Shown here in pieces: positions 36,794 to 45,749 of a stretch of DNA of 64,000 nucleotides. Positions within the stretch are counted from its first letter, which is position 1. Each line of letters begins with the position of its first letter. Source of the stretch: Candidatus Pacearchaeota archaeon (GTDB taxonomy: Archaea > Nanobdellota > Nanobdellia > Pacearchaeales > DTIR01). Below the pieces are notes generated by a model, which saw only the letters and a list, made by a program, of their open reading frames with translations, made no database searches and was not told where the DNA came from. The position numbers and the translations under genes were made by a program. The stretch covers positions 506,164-570,163 of the forward strand of contig JAGVXL010000001.1 of assembly GCA_018303805.1 (NCBI GenBank), given 5' to 3'.

Positions 36794-37153
36794 TTATATT
36801 CTGAAAACATTAAAACCAAGATTCTTAAGATTCTTTTCCTCATCCTTTATTTTTTCATAGGCATTCCTGGCTAAAAGGACCAAAGCTTTACTTTTATCTG
36901 ATTCGTAACCCGTAAGCTCTAAGTCCAATATCTTCTTGAATTCTTTTGTTCTTCCATGTTTTTTAATGGGGGAATAAACAAGAATTAATTTACCATGTGC
37001 ATCATAAGAAGGATAAGGCAATCTTGCTCCCCAATCTGCTAACTGCTTTATCCTCTCTTTAAATCTTGATTCTAAGAAAATTGTCTCTATACTATTATCT
37101 TTACAATAACTAGTTAGAGTTTTGTAATTGTCCCCCACATCTTGCTTTACCAT
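36794..37153 (-). CDS. Hypothetical protein
   Basis: ORF 2 nt from the PHP gene, probably same operon. Confidence 0.55.
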   Translation of the reverse strand: MVKQDVGDNYKTLTSYCKDNSIETIFLESRFKERIKQLADWGARLPYPSYDAHGKLILVYSPIKKHGRTKEFKKILDLELTGYESDKSKALVLLARNAYEKIKDEEKNLKNLGFNVFRI

Positions 37154-37238
37154 AACAAAATATAGAAAGAGCCATTATTTAAATCTTCCTATTTTTAACT
37201 ATTTCTAAGTAACAACAATAATAAACTTGGATAACCGG

Positions 37239-37796
37239 CTAGATAAATCCTGAGATTTTATGCCTAAGTTCCTCATGAATAAGCCATAAAACAAGCAGGA
37301 CTGCATCTATTCCTGCTGTGATCATGTTTCCAATAGGGGTTGGCGGGATTAAATTCAGGCCAATCGGCTCTGTAAAAAATCCAACACGCAAAAATCCTGT
37401 TAGTGTTGAATCCAAGGCAAGATGAACTGCAATGCCTAATGCTACTACAAAGAGAATCCCTGAAATTTTTAATTTATGTTTGGTGAAAATCCTTTCTATT
37501 GGCCTTATTTTGCCTTTCTTCTCAAGCCATAAAAATGTAAGAGCCAGCATCAGAAATATTGGTATCCATAATATGCTGTGGGTAAAAGAAGGGTGCAGAT
37601 TCATCGCACCCCCATTCAAAGCAGAGGATATAGACATGCCATCAAACAAAACAAGCAAAATATCTATATCAGGCAGCATGCCTGCAATTCCTGCAATCAG
37701 AACATAATGCAAAGGGAATTTCTTCTTGAAAACATAATCCCTAAGCAATTCTGCGATTATTATTGCAACCAGAACATGCGTCACTGCAAATGGCAT
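37239..37796 (-). CDS. Membrane metal-dependent hydrolase (YdjM-like)
   Basis: VTHVL, GMLPDID, FTHS, HLALD. Confidence 0.85.
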   Translation of the reverse strand: MPFAVTHVLVAIIIAELLRDYVFKKKFPLHYVLIAGIAGMLPDIDILLVLFDGMSISSALNGGAMNLHPSFTHSILWIPIFLMLALTFLWLEKKGKIRPIERIFTKHKLKISGILFVVALGIAVHLALDSTLTGFLRVGFFTEPIGLNLIPPTPIGNMITAGIDAVLLVLWLIHEELRHKISGFI

Positions 37797-37879
37797 CCCC
37801 CAACAAATTGAAGCAGTTTTATAAAACTAATGAAAAATGGCAAGAAAAGTTTTAAAAACCATTTATGTTAGGGTATGTC

Positions 37880-38401
37880 ATGGCAAGAGGGATGTATTAT
37901 TATTTAAGGCAGGCATGGAAAAAGCCGTCAAGGGATATGCTTAAATCAAGATTGATTGAGTGGCGCAAGGGCAGGGCAGTAACCAGGCTTGAAGATCCAA
38001 CAAGAATAGACAGGGCCAGGAGTTTGGGTTACAAGGCAAAAACAGGATTTATTATTGTAAGAGTCAAGATTTTAAGGGGTGGCAGGACAAAGACAAGGCC
38101 TTCAAAGAAGGGAAGGAGAAGCAAGAGGCAAAGCCCGAGAAAAATCTTGCGGATGAATTACCAGTGGGTTGCAGAACAAAGAGCAGCGAGAAAGTTTCCG
38201 GGATTAGAGGTTTTAAACAGCTATTTTTTAGCCAAAGACGGCATGAATTATTTTTATGAGGTTATTCTCGTTGATAAATCAAGGCCTGAAATTCAGGCTG
38301 ATGAGAGCATTAAGTGGATTTGCTCAAGCAAGAACAGGGGAAGGGTATACAGGGGCTTGACAAGTTCTGCGAGAAAATCAAGGGGATTGAGGAAGGTTTA
38401 A
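37880..38401 (+). CDS. rpl15e: 50S ribosomal protein L15e
   Basis: PTRIDRARSLGYKAKTG, VLNSYFLAKDG, GRVYRGLTSSARKSRGL. Confidence 0.96.
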   Translation: MARGMYYYLRQAWKKPSRDMLKSRLIEWRKGRAVTRLEDPTRIDRARSLGYKAKTGFIIVRVKILRGGRTKTRPSKKGRRSKRQSPRKILRMNYQWVAEQRAARKFPGLEVLNSYFLAKDGMNYFYEVILVDKSRPEIQADESIKWICSSKNRGRVYRGLTSSARKSRGLRKV

Positions 38402-38412
38402 TTAAACAGAAG

Positions 38413-38640
38413 ATGAAAAACACTGCTTATAAAATAAGGGAATTTTTTAAAGAATTGATTAATCCGTATTACAGTGTTAGAAAAGAGCAGCAAGAACTAA
38501 GCCACAGATGTTCTATTCTTGAAAAACTTGCAAGCGAGCGCGGCTCAATCAGCGTGGTTCCGCTTGATGAGATTGAGAAACAGTTAGGCATAACAGAAAC
38601 AAGAAATGATATGGGAAACTACATTCCCTGTTGCTCGTAA
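38413..38640 (+). CDS. Small hypothetical protein
   Basis: ATG 38413 preferred; the track start overlaps rpl15e. Confidence 0.45.
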   Translation: MKNTAYKIREFFKELINPYYSVRKEQQELSHRCSILEKLASERGSISVVPLDEIEKQLGITETRNDMGNYIPCCS

Positions 38641-38649
38641 TTTTTCCTT

Positions 38650-39504
38650 TCAGGACATATGCAGCTCAACAACATCATCATCTTCTAAAATGTGATTGAT
38701 TCCAACCTTGATGCCGTTAAATTTTACTGATTTGCCATAAACCCTTGCAAATTTAAAGCGCTTGACAAAATCCTTATGGACATGCTCTGCCATATCTTTT
38801 ATTGTTGAATTGTTTTTTAGGACAAGAGGCTCGGCGTCTGGCTTTCTTCCAGGATGCTTTGTGTAAACCTTGACGAGGTTGAGGTTTTTCCAGATTTCAT
38901 CCGCGAGGCTCTTTTGGTTGCTGTAAATTATTTCTGGTGTTTTGATGCCTGTTTTTTTCAGCTCATTTTCAATAAGCGCTTTTTCTTTGTCATTCCTGAA
39001 CAGGAGAATGAGCAAATCTGCCTGCCTCATTATGCTGAGAAAGGCGGTGCCATTTTCAATTTCTGAAAAATTTTCCCTTATTGCAGGAATTTCTATAACC
39101 TGCAGCTTGACTCCATGATAATCAAGAGCCCCTATTTCCGGCATTTTTGTTGTGTAAGGAAATTCAGAAATTGCAGCATGAACATTTGTCAGTTTATTTA
39201 ACAGCATTGACTTGCCTGACTGGGTTGTGCCAACAAGGCAGATTTGCGCATCGGCTTCCTTCTTTACTGAAAGCTGGAAACCCCTGCCTTTTTTCTGCTG
39301 TCTTTCTTTTTCAATGTTCTCCTTCAATTTTTTATATCTGCTTCTTATATTCGCCCTCATTTTTTCAGCAGATTTATGCTTTGGCATGGTCCTTATCATT
39401 TCTTCCAATGCTTCTATTTTCTCCCTGTTGTTTTTTGCTACCGAGTATCTCTTTTCTGCAGCGAGATACTCGGGCGGCTGGTTTGTGCTCATTTTATATC
39501 CCAA
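38650..39504 (-). CDS. DRG/OBG-family GTPase with TGS domain (short form)
   Basis: PKHKSAEK, GTTQSGKS, FPYTTK, C-terminal TGS (VHKDF..FARVYG). Confidence 0.9.
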   Translation of the reverse strand: MGYKMSTNQPPEYLAAEKRYSVAKNNREKIEALEEMIRTMPKHKSAEKMRANIRSRYKKLKENIEKERQQKKGRGFQLSVKKEADAQICLVGTTQSGKSMLLNKLTNVHAAISEFPYTTKMPEIGALDYHGVKLQVIEIPAIRENFSEIENGTAFLSIMRQADLLILLFRNDKEKALIENELKKTGIKTPEIIYSNQKSLADEIWKNLNLVKVYTKHPGRKPDAEPLVLKNNSTIKDMAEHVHKDFVKRFKFARVYGKSVKFNGIKVGINHILEDDDVVELHMS

Positions 39505-39682
39505 ACATATCTTTTTTTATTTTTTTCTCGTAATTCCCTGCAATCAATTCTGCCTCTGCCAAAAGCAAATCGTTTTCCAAATCCCAAAGAAACCTTCTTG
39601 TTTTTGCAATATGCCTGCTGTTTTCATAAATCAGCGCATCACAGGCTTGTATCAGCTCACTGCGGCTTTTGTATTTTATCAT
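39494..39682 (-). CDS. Small hypothetical protein
   Basis: Overlaps the GTPase start by 11 nt. Confidence 0.45.
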   Translation of the reverse strand: MIKYKSRSELIQACDALIYENSRHIAKTRRFLWDLENDLLLAEAELIAGNYEKKIKKDMFGI

Positions 39683-39763
39683 CTAAATTATAAAGAAGAT
39701 GATTTTAAAAGACTTTTGAAAATCAAGGGAAAATTTTATTAACCTCTTCTTGTTTCTGCATGC

Positions 39764-41110
39764 ATGGAGAATATAAGGAACTTTTTCGAGCCAAAATCAG
39801 TCGCCATTGTTGGAGCATCGCATCACAAGGGCAAGGTTGGGAATATCATCGCGGGCAACATGCTCCATTTCAAAGGAAAATTGTTCTTTGTCAACCCAAA
39901 CATAAACAAGGTGCTTGGCAAAAAATGCGTTAAGTCTGTTCTTGATGTGAAGGAGAAAGTTGATTTGGCTGTGATTTGCGTGCCTAAAAATTTTGTTGCA
40001 CAAGTAATTGATGAGTGTGGGAAGAAAGGCATTAAATCAGCCGTGATAATAACAGCAGGATTTTCAGAGGTTGGCAACAAAAAGCAGGAGCAGGAAGTTC
40101 TGCAGGCTGCAAAAAAATATGGAATAAGAATCATCGGCCCCAACTGCTTTGGCGTTGTTAATCCCTATCTGCATTTAAATTCAACATTTGCCCTGAATAA
40201 TGTTGCGAAAGACTCAATATCCTTTGTGTCGCAAAGCGGCGCTCTTGGGGCATCAATAATTGATATTTCAGCTTCAGAGGGATTAGGATTCTCACGGATG
40301 GCATTCTTGGGCAATGAGTCTGACATTGATTTTAATGAAGTTATTGAATATCTGAATTCTGACAAAGACACAAAAGTCATTCTTCTGTATATTGAGGCAT
40401 TGAAGAAAGGGAAAGAATTCATTGAAGTTGCAGGAAAATGCAGGAAGCCGATTATAGTGATAAAATCAGGCAGCAGCCTTGCAGGGAGCAGGGCGGCATT
40501 AACACATACGGGCTCTCTCTCAGGAAGTGCAGAGATTTACAATGCTGCATTCAAGCAGGCAGGAGTTGTTATTGTGGATTCAATAACAAATGCATTGAAT
40601 CTTGCAAGATTCATCTCACTCAGCAAGTTTGATGTGAAATCCAAAAAAATAGAGAATGTGCTGATATTGAGCAATGCCGGCGGAGCGGCAGTTCTGAGTG
40701 CAGATTACTGTGAAAAAGAAGGATTGAATGTCATACAGATTCCTCCAAACATTCTTGAAAAATTGAATAGAATACTGCCTGCAGCATGGAGCAAAAACAA
40801 TCCAATAGACTTGATGGGTGATGCGGATGCCAAGAGATACAAGGATGCTCTTTTATTGCTTGAAAAGGAGAATTTCTTTGATGTTCTGATATGCCTTCTT
40901 ACCCCTCAGGCAATGACGCAGCCATATGAGACTGCTCTTGCCCTGAAAAAATTTGCAGAAAAATCCCGCAAGCCAGTTCTGGCTTCTTTTATAGGGGGCA
41001 GAAGGGTGAAAAGAGCAGCAGATTATCTAAATAAGCACAAAATTTTGTTCTTTTCAGAGCCAAAAAGGTGCGTTGAAATTATTGCGGCGTTGAAAGGAGA
41101 TTCAAAATGA
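39764..41110 (+). CDS. acdA: Acetate--CoA ligase (ADP-forming) alpha subunit
   Basis: FFEPKSVAIVGAS, IIGPNCFG, SQSGALG, THTGSL (phospho-His), NPIDLMGDA. Confidence 0.95.
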   Translation: MENIRNFFEPKSVAIVGASHHKGKVGNIIAGNMLHFKGKLFFVNPNINKVLGKKCVKSVLDVKEKVDLAVICVPKNFVAQVIDECGKKGIKSAVIITAGFSEVGNKKQEQEVLQAAKKYGIRIIGPNCFGVVNPYLHLNSTFALNNVAKDSISFVSQSGALGASIIDISASEGLGFSRMAFLGNESDIDFNEVIEYLNSDKDTKVILLYIEALKKGKEFIEVAGKCRKPIIVIKSGSSLAGSRAALTHTGSLSGSAEIYNAAFKQAGVVIVDSITNALNLARFISLSKFDVKSKKIENVLILSNAGGAAVLSADYCEKEGLNVIQIPPNILEKLNRILPAAWSKNNPIDLMGDADAKRYKDALLLLEKENFFDVLICLLTPQAMTQPYETALALKKFAEKSRKPVLASFIGGRRVKRAADYLNKHKILFFSEPKRCVEIIAALKGDSK

Positions 41111-41724
41111 GGGTAATGACAGAAAAAGATGCAGAGGATTTTTTGGAAAAACAGGGGTTCTCAATTGTAGAAAGAATGGTTGTTAAAACAAGGCAAGATA
41201 TTCCTAAGGCGGCCAGAAAAATTGGCTTTCCTGTTGTTTTGAAACTTTCCTCCAGCAGCATTATACATAAGACAGAATTGAATGCTGTTGCAGTTGACTT
41301 AAAAAATACTCTGGGAATCGCAAATGCACTGAGAAAAATGCCAAAAATCAAAAATGCTGAGTTTATTGTCCAGAAATTCGTGAAAGGGAATGAGCTGCTT
41401 ATTGGCTTGAAGAAGGATGCAGTCTTCGGGCATGTTTTAATTTTTGGTTCTGGCGGGATTTACACAGAAATTTTCAAAGATGTAAGCATGAGGGTTCTTC
41501 CTGCAAACAGGAAAGAGATTGAGAACATGGTTAGGGAGACAAGGGCATTTCAACTATTAATCGCGAGAGGCAAGAAGTTCAACATGCAGAAACTTCTTGA
41601 TGTGCTGGAAAAAACAGCGAAACTTGCAGCAAAGCATCCAGAAATAAAGGAACTTGATATTAATCCCCTGATTGTGAATGAGAAAGAATGCTTGGTTGTG
41701 GATGCCAGAATTGTTTTTAATTAA
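41107..41724 (+). CDS. acdB: Acetate--CoA ligase (ADP-forming) beta subunit (ATP-grasp)
   Basis: GFPVVLK...HKTE, FGHVLIFGSGG, ELDINPL..VDAR. Confidence 0.93.
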   Translation: MRVMTEKDAEDFLEKQGFSIVERMVVKTRQDIPKAARKIGFPVVLKLSSSSIIHKTELNAVAVDLKNTLGIANALRKMPKIKNAEFIVQKFVKGNELLIGLKKDAVFGHVLIFGSGGIYTEIFKDVSMRVLPANRKEIENMVRETRAFQLLIARGKKFNMQKLLDVLEKTAKLAAKHPEIKELDINPLIVNEKECLVVDARIVFN

Positions 41725-41730
41725 GGATAT

Positions 41731-42168
41731 TTATTTTTTTAAGTGTCCCATTGCAATCTTGAGGCATTTTCTCTGGTTGGGGTATTCAAGCAGTTTTAGC
41801 GCTGTGCTATAATCTGTCCAGACAAATCTGTCATGCTCCATCTTGTCAATCCTAATTTTTTTGCTTTTTAATCCAGCAATGAATAGCACATAAGTTTGCC
41901 CCCTGAAGCCAACCTTTTTCTGGAATTTTTTCCCGTAATCATATCTCCCGGAATGGTGAAGATTAATTATTTTATCGGCTTTTTGTCCGGTTTCCTCTTT
42001 GATTTCCCGTTTTGCTGTTTCCTCTGCACTTTCCCCATTTTTCCGCTTACCCTTGCATAACTCCCAGCCGTTCCAATGCAGCTTTCTGTGCAAGAGCAGG
42101 AATTCTGGTTTTTCGCCATGATAGAGAATGCAGAAAACCCCTTTTCTGTACTTATTCTTAATTTTCAT
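41731..42168 (-). CDS. NUDIX hydrolase
   Basis: WELCKGKRKNGESAEETAKREIKEETG. Confidence 0.9.
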   Translation of the reverse strand: MKIKNKYRKGVFCILYHGEKPEFLLLHRKLHWNGWELCKGKRKNGESAEETAKREIKEETGQKADKIINLHHSGRYDYGKKFQKKVGFRGQTYVLFIAGLKSKKIRIDKMEHDRFVWTDYSTALKLLEYPNQRKCLKIAMGHLKK

Positions 42169-42305
42169 CTTTTTCTGGACTGTATGCACACTAAAATTTA
42201 TAAATGCTCCTTTTCTCCTTGCATGGATTAAGATGTTCATCTTAAAGGGAAGCTTTGCTTTTGTAAGGTTATCCTAATTTGGAATATTTCTGTATTTATT
42301 TTAAA

Positions 42306-43247
42306 ATGAGAATTGTAAAGGATTTTTTATGGAAGCATGGCATGACTGTTGGGGAATTGGTTGCCAAGTTTGGCAGCCTGGGCTTTCAGGCAATAGAGCT
42401 GCATGAAGCATCGGAGATAATCCTAAAGATGAAAAAAGCCCGGGCAAAAATCTTTCTGACTTTTACATCAAACATGGTTACATCGGGCTTAAGGGGTTTT
42501 TTTGCGCAGCTTGTCAAGCTGGGCATGGCTGATGCCATTGTAACAACATCCGGCTCGATTGAGGAGGATATAATGAAATTTCTTGGGGATAATTTTGAAA
42601 TTTCCAATTTTAATGCAGATGATGTCCAGCTTCATGAAAAAGGCGAGAACAGAATAGGGAACTTGCTGATAAGGAATGAGAGCTATATGAAATTTGAGGA
42701 TAAAATGAATGAATGCCTAAACAGGATTTATGAAAAGAAAAAAAGGATTGACACTTCAGAACTGCTCAGGGAGCTTGGCTTGATGTTCAAGGATGAGAAT
42801 TCCTTCTTGTATCAGGCAGCCAAGAATAATATCCCTGTTTTCTGCCCCGGAATTGCTGACTCTGCTATAGGATTTCACCTGTTCATGTTCCAGCAGAAGC
42901 ATAATGATTTTATTATTGACACCATCCACGACATAAAGAATGCGGTTCTCTGCTCCAGCCATGATGAGAAAAAAGGGCTGATAGCATTGGGAGGCAGCAT
43001 ATCCAAGCATTACGCAATCTTCGCAGGGCTGCTTTCAGGGGGGTTTGATTATGCTGTTTACCTGACAACATCCCATGCAACTTCTGGCAGCTTTTCAGGA
43101 GCAACAACCAATGAGGCAAAATCATGGGGCAAGATAAAGGATGATGCGGCTGCAGCAACAGTCATAGGCGATGTCACAATCACCTTCCCCCTTGTCATGA
43201 TACCTGTTCTTGAAATTTTGAAGAAAGAAAAACTGCTGAAAATCTGA
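42306..43247 (+). CDS. dys: Deoxyhypusine synthase
   Basis: FLTFTSNMVTSGLR, CPGIADS, LGGSISKH, GSFSGATTNEAKSWGK (catalytic Lys). Confidence 0.95.
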   Translation: MRIVKDFLWKHGMTVGELVAKFGSLGFQAIELHEASEIILKMKKARAKIFLTFTSNMVTSGLRGFFAQLVKLGMADAIVTTSGSIEEDIMKFLGDNFEISNFNADDVQLHEKGENRIGNLLIRNESYMKFEDKMNECLNRIYEKKKRIDTSELLRELGLMFKDENSFLYQAAKNNIPVFCPGIADSAIGFHLFMFQQKHNDFIIDTIHDIKNAVLCSSHDEKKGLIALGGSISKHYAIFAGLLSGGFDYAVYLTTSHATSGSFSGATTNEAKSWGKIKDDAAAATVIGDVTITFPLVMIPVLEILKKEKLLKI

Positions 43248-43269
43248 TTAAAAAAATTTCAACTCTAAA

Positions 43270-44304
43270 ATGCAAGCGCGTTTCATTCTAAGCAGGAAAA
43301 TGGTTCTGAAGCAGTATGAACTTTTGAAAAAGTTGGGCGTGAAAACAAGCTACAGCTTTAAGACTAACAGGGAGGTTGGGAAAATCTTGGAGGAGGCGAC
43401 AGATTCTGAATTCTCAATACATCTTCTTGAAGAAACAGGCATGATTAAGAACAAAAAGAGAATATGGTTTTTTGCTCAGGCATGGAGCAAAAAAGATATC
43501 GGAGAGATAACAAAAAAAGGCGTAAGAAAATTTGTTGTTGACAATGAGAAGGATTTGCAGGAACTGCTTGGGTTTCTTGCAAAAAGCAAAATCACAATTG
43601 ATTTGGCATTGAGAATGCAGTTTCATGAGCATAGGGTGTCATCAGGCAGATATTTTGCATATGGCATGCCCTCTTCAAAAGTCAATGGGATAATATCAGA
43701 AATAAAGGATAATCCCAGCATCAGCAGGCTGGGAGTGCACATCCACCGGAAAAGCCAGAACACAAGCGAATGGGAAATCAAAAGCGAGCTGCTTGATTCA
43801 TTGGCAAGCCAGAGCATGAAAAGGATAAATTTTGTAAATCTTGGGGGCGGCTTGCCTGTGCAGTACAAGAGTTATACAGCAGAGATAATGCCATACATCT
43901 TTAATAAAATCAAGGAAGCAGCAGCATGGCTGCATGAAAAAGGCATAGAAGCATACATAGAGCCGGGCAGGTTTGTTGCCGCTCCTGCAGTAAAGCTTGA
44001 AACTGGAATAATCCAGATTTATAGCAGCGTAATTGTTGTCAACACCTCGCTTTACAATTGTGCATTGGACACATTGATAACAGAGACGAAAATGCTTGTT
44101 GAAAATGAGCTTGCTGATTATGAGAAAGGGGAGTATTATCTAATAAAAGGAAACTCTCCGACAAGAGACGATATTTTTCGGTATAAAGTGAAGTTAAAGC
44201 AGCTGAAAGTAGGGGACAAAATTGTTTTTCTTAATGCAGGGGCATACAACTACACGACAGATTTCTGCGGCTTCAGGAAACTTAAGACAGAGATTGTTGA
44301 TTGA
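43270..44304 (+). CDS. Group IV PLP-dependent decarboxylase (Orn/Arg/Lys/DAP family)
   Basis: YSFKTN (PLP Lys), NLGGGLP, EPGRF, GAYNYT. Confidence 0.85.
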   Translation: MQARFILSRKMVLKQYELLKKLGVKTSYSFKTNREVGKILEEATDSEFSIHLLEETGMIKNKKRIWFFAQAWSKKDIGEITKKGVRKFVVDNEKDLQELLGFLAKSKITIDLALRMQFHEHRVSSGRYFAYGMPSSKVNGIISEIKDNPSISRLGVHIHRKSQNTSEWEIKSELLDSLASQSMKRINFVNLGGGLPVQYKSYTAEIMPYIFNKIKEAAAWLHEKGIEAYIEPGRFVAAPAVKLETGIIQIYSSVIVVNTSLYNCALDTLITETKMLVENELADYEKGEYYLIKGNSPTRDDIFRYKVKLKQLKVGDKIVFLNAGAYNYTTDFCGFRKLKTEIVD

Positions 44305-44464
44305 TTAAAAGTTAGGTGAATTACAATTTGGTTATTCAGTCAGGGTTTGAAAATTTGCTCTAATAGAATTTATATCTTCATTGTTTATCTTACTGATAAA
44401 AAGCTTCATCTTTATTAAAAAGTCTTCTGCTTTTAATGTCATATTTCTGCAGGAATCTTCTGTA

Positions 44465-44620
44465 GGAAGAGGACCATTCTCACTTGCTTCAACTTATGTC
44501 AGCCCCCAACTCATTGTGGGAGCTTTTGCACTCTCCATAGTTGTTGGCTTAATTGCTGGTGCAGTGCCCACATATGGGGCATCAAAACTAAAACCAGTTG
44601 ATGCGTTGAGATATGAATGA
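44465..44620 (+). pseudogene. C-terminal remnant of MacB/FtsX-type ABC permease
   Basis: SIVVGLIAGAVPTYGASKLKPVDALRYE* signature with no upstream domain. Confidence 0.75.
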
Positions 44621-44733
44621 TAAAATAATCTGAATCCCGATTTCTATATTTTAGTATAGCAATTTATATAAATAAACTGCCCTAAGAATCATCTATAAGT
44701 AGTTCAAAATTAAGTGATTTTTTAAATTCTATT

Positions 44734-45021
44734 TTATCTCTTGTAAGCTTCATCGTGATGCCCAAAAAAGATAAACTTGACTGTTTTTGCGGATTCATCA
44801 ATTTCAAACTTGAGAACAAAGCTTTTCATGATATGCACCCGCCTTTCACCTGATAGGTCATATCTCAAGGGCTTGTAATGCTGCGGGTTCTGAATAATTT
44901 CATTCATCTTTTTTCTAAGAGAAGACCCAAGAACTGGATTTTTCTTGCATAATTTATTTATTTCCTCTTGACATTTAGGATGAACATAGATGCTGTAACT
45001 CATTTTAACCTTTTTATGCAA
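44734..45021 (-). CDS. RelE/ParE/YafQ-family toxin
   Basis: PQHYKPLRYDLSGERRVHIMKSFVL...GHHDEAY. Confidence 0.85.
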   Translation of the reverse strand: MHKKVKMSYSIYVHPKCQEEINKLCKKNPVLGSSLRKKMNEIIQNPQHYKPLRYDLSGERRVHIMKSFVLKFEIDESAKTVKFIFFGHHDEAYKR

Positions 45022-45035
45022 AAAGAGATAAGATT

Positions 45036-45326
45036 TCAGTGTTTAAATATTTCATCTACAGAATTAAATTTCAAAAAAGGTCCTTTCTTCCTTTTTTCTA
45101 TCTCTTTCTTAAATTCTTCTTTCAGAGGCAGCTCATCTACAGGATGCCAGTCAATTTTCTCGCAGAAATCCCAGTCTATATCAGAAATCTCTCCACTCTT
45201 CAAATATTTCTCAAATATTATCTTTTTCATAGCTTCTTCTCTAGCAATTTCACTCCAATTTACCCACATGAATGCCTTTAGCTGATTCTTAAAGTCTTCA
45301 GATACAGACAAGGTTAATGAAGCCAT
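45036..45326 (-). CDS. RHH-like antitoxin
   Basis: LTLSVSEDFK..VNWSEIAR; directly upstream of the toxin. Confidence 0.75.
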   Translation of the reverse strand: MASLTLSVSEDFKNQLKAFMWVNWSEIAREEAMKKIIFEKYLKSGEISDIDWDFCEKIDWHPVDELPLKEEFKKEIEKRKKGPFLKFNSVDEIFKH

Positions 45327-45327
45327 T

Positions 45328-45564
45328 TTATAGTTTCCCAGAGTTTTTCAACTCTTCAAATTTTTTTAATTCTTTAATTCTAAGTTCAAATCTCTTCTTC
45401 AGATATTCTGCCCAGTTTATCTCTGAATGCTCGTCCAGCTTCTTCTTTAAATCCTTAGGTATTGAAACAGTAAAGGTTCCCATTTTTAATAAACTAATCT
45501 TAGTGTATAAACAAATATTTGTTAGTATATTTAAACCTTTTGGTTTAGTAAATCTATTATTCAA
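45328..45564 (-). CDS. RHH-like antitoxin paralog
   Basis: FTVSIPKDLK..EINWAEYL, similar to neighbour; ATG near 45483 is likelier than the track start. Confidence 0.65.
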   Translation of the reverse strand: MNNRFTKPKGLNILTNICLYTKISLLKMGTFTVSIPKDLKKKLDEHSEINWAEYLKKRFELRIKELKKFEELKNSGKL

Positions 45565-45749
45565 AAGCTGTTTTAAGTTATGCTAATCTATATAAATCAA
45601 TTATATTCATAGGCTTCAGAAGTAGGCTAAAAATACGCGATTTGCAATTCAGTTTCAACGGACGTCGGGTCCATCAGGGTCCAACACTTCTTGGATGGCA
45701 AGCTTTATAAACAAAATTTATATAGTTCTACAATTTCATTTTTAAGGAG

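Noticed and set aside
45610-45705. 5S rRNA or ydaO c-di-AMP riboswitch
   Set aside because: Lacks the 5S loop C CCGAAC motif and the ydaO conserved segments; kept only as an unclassified ncRNA candidate.
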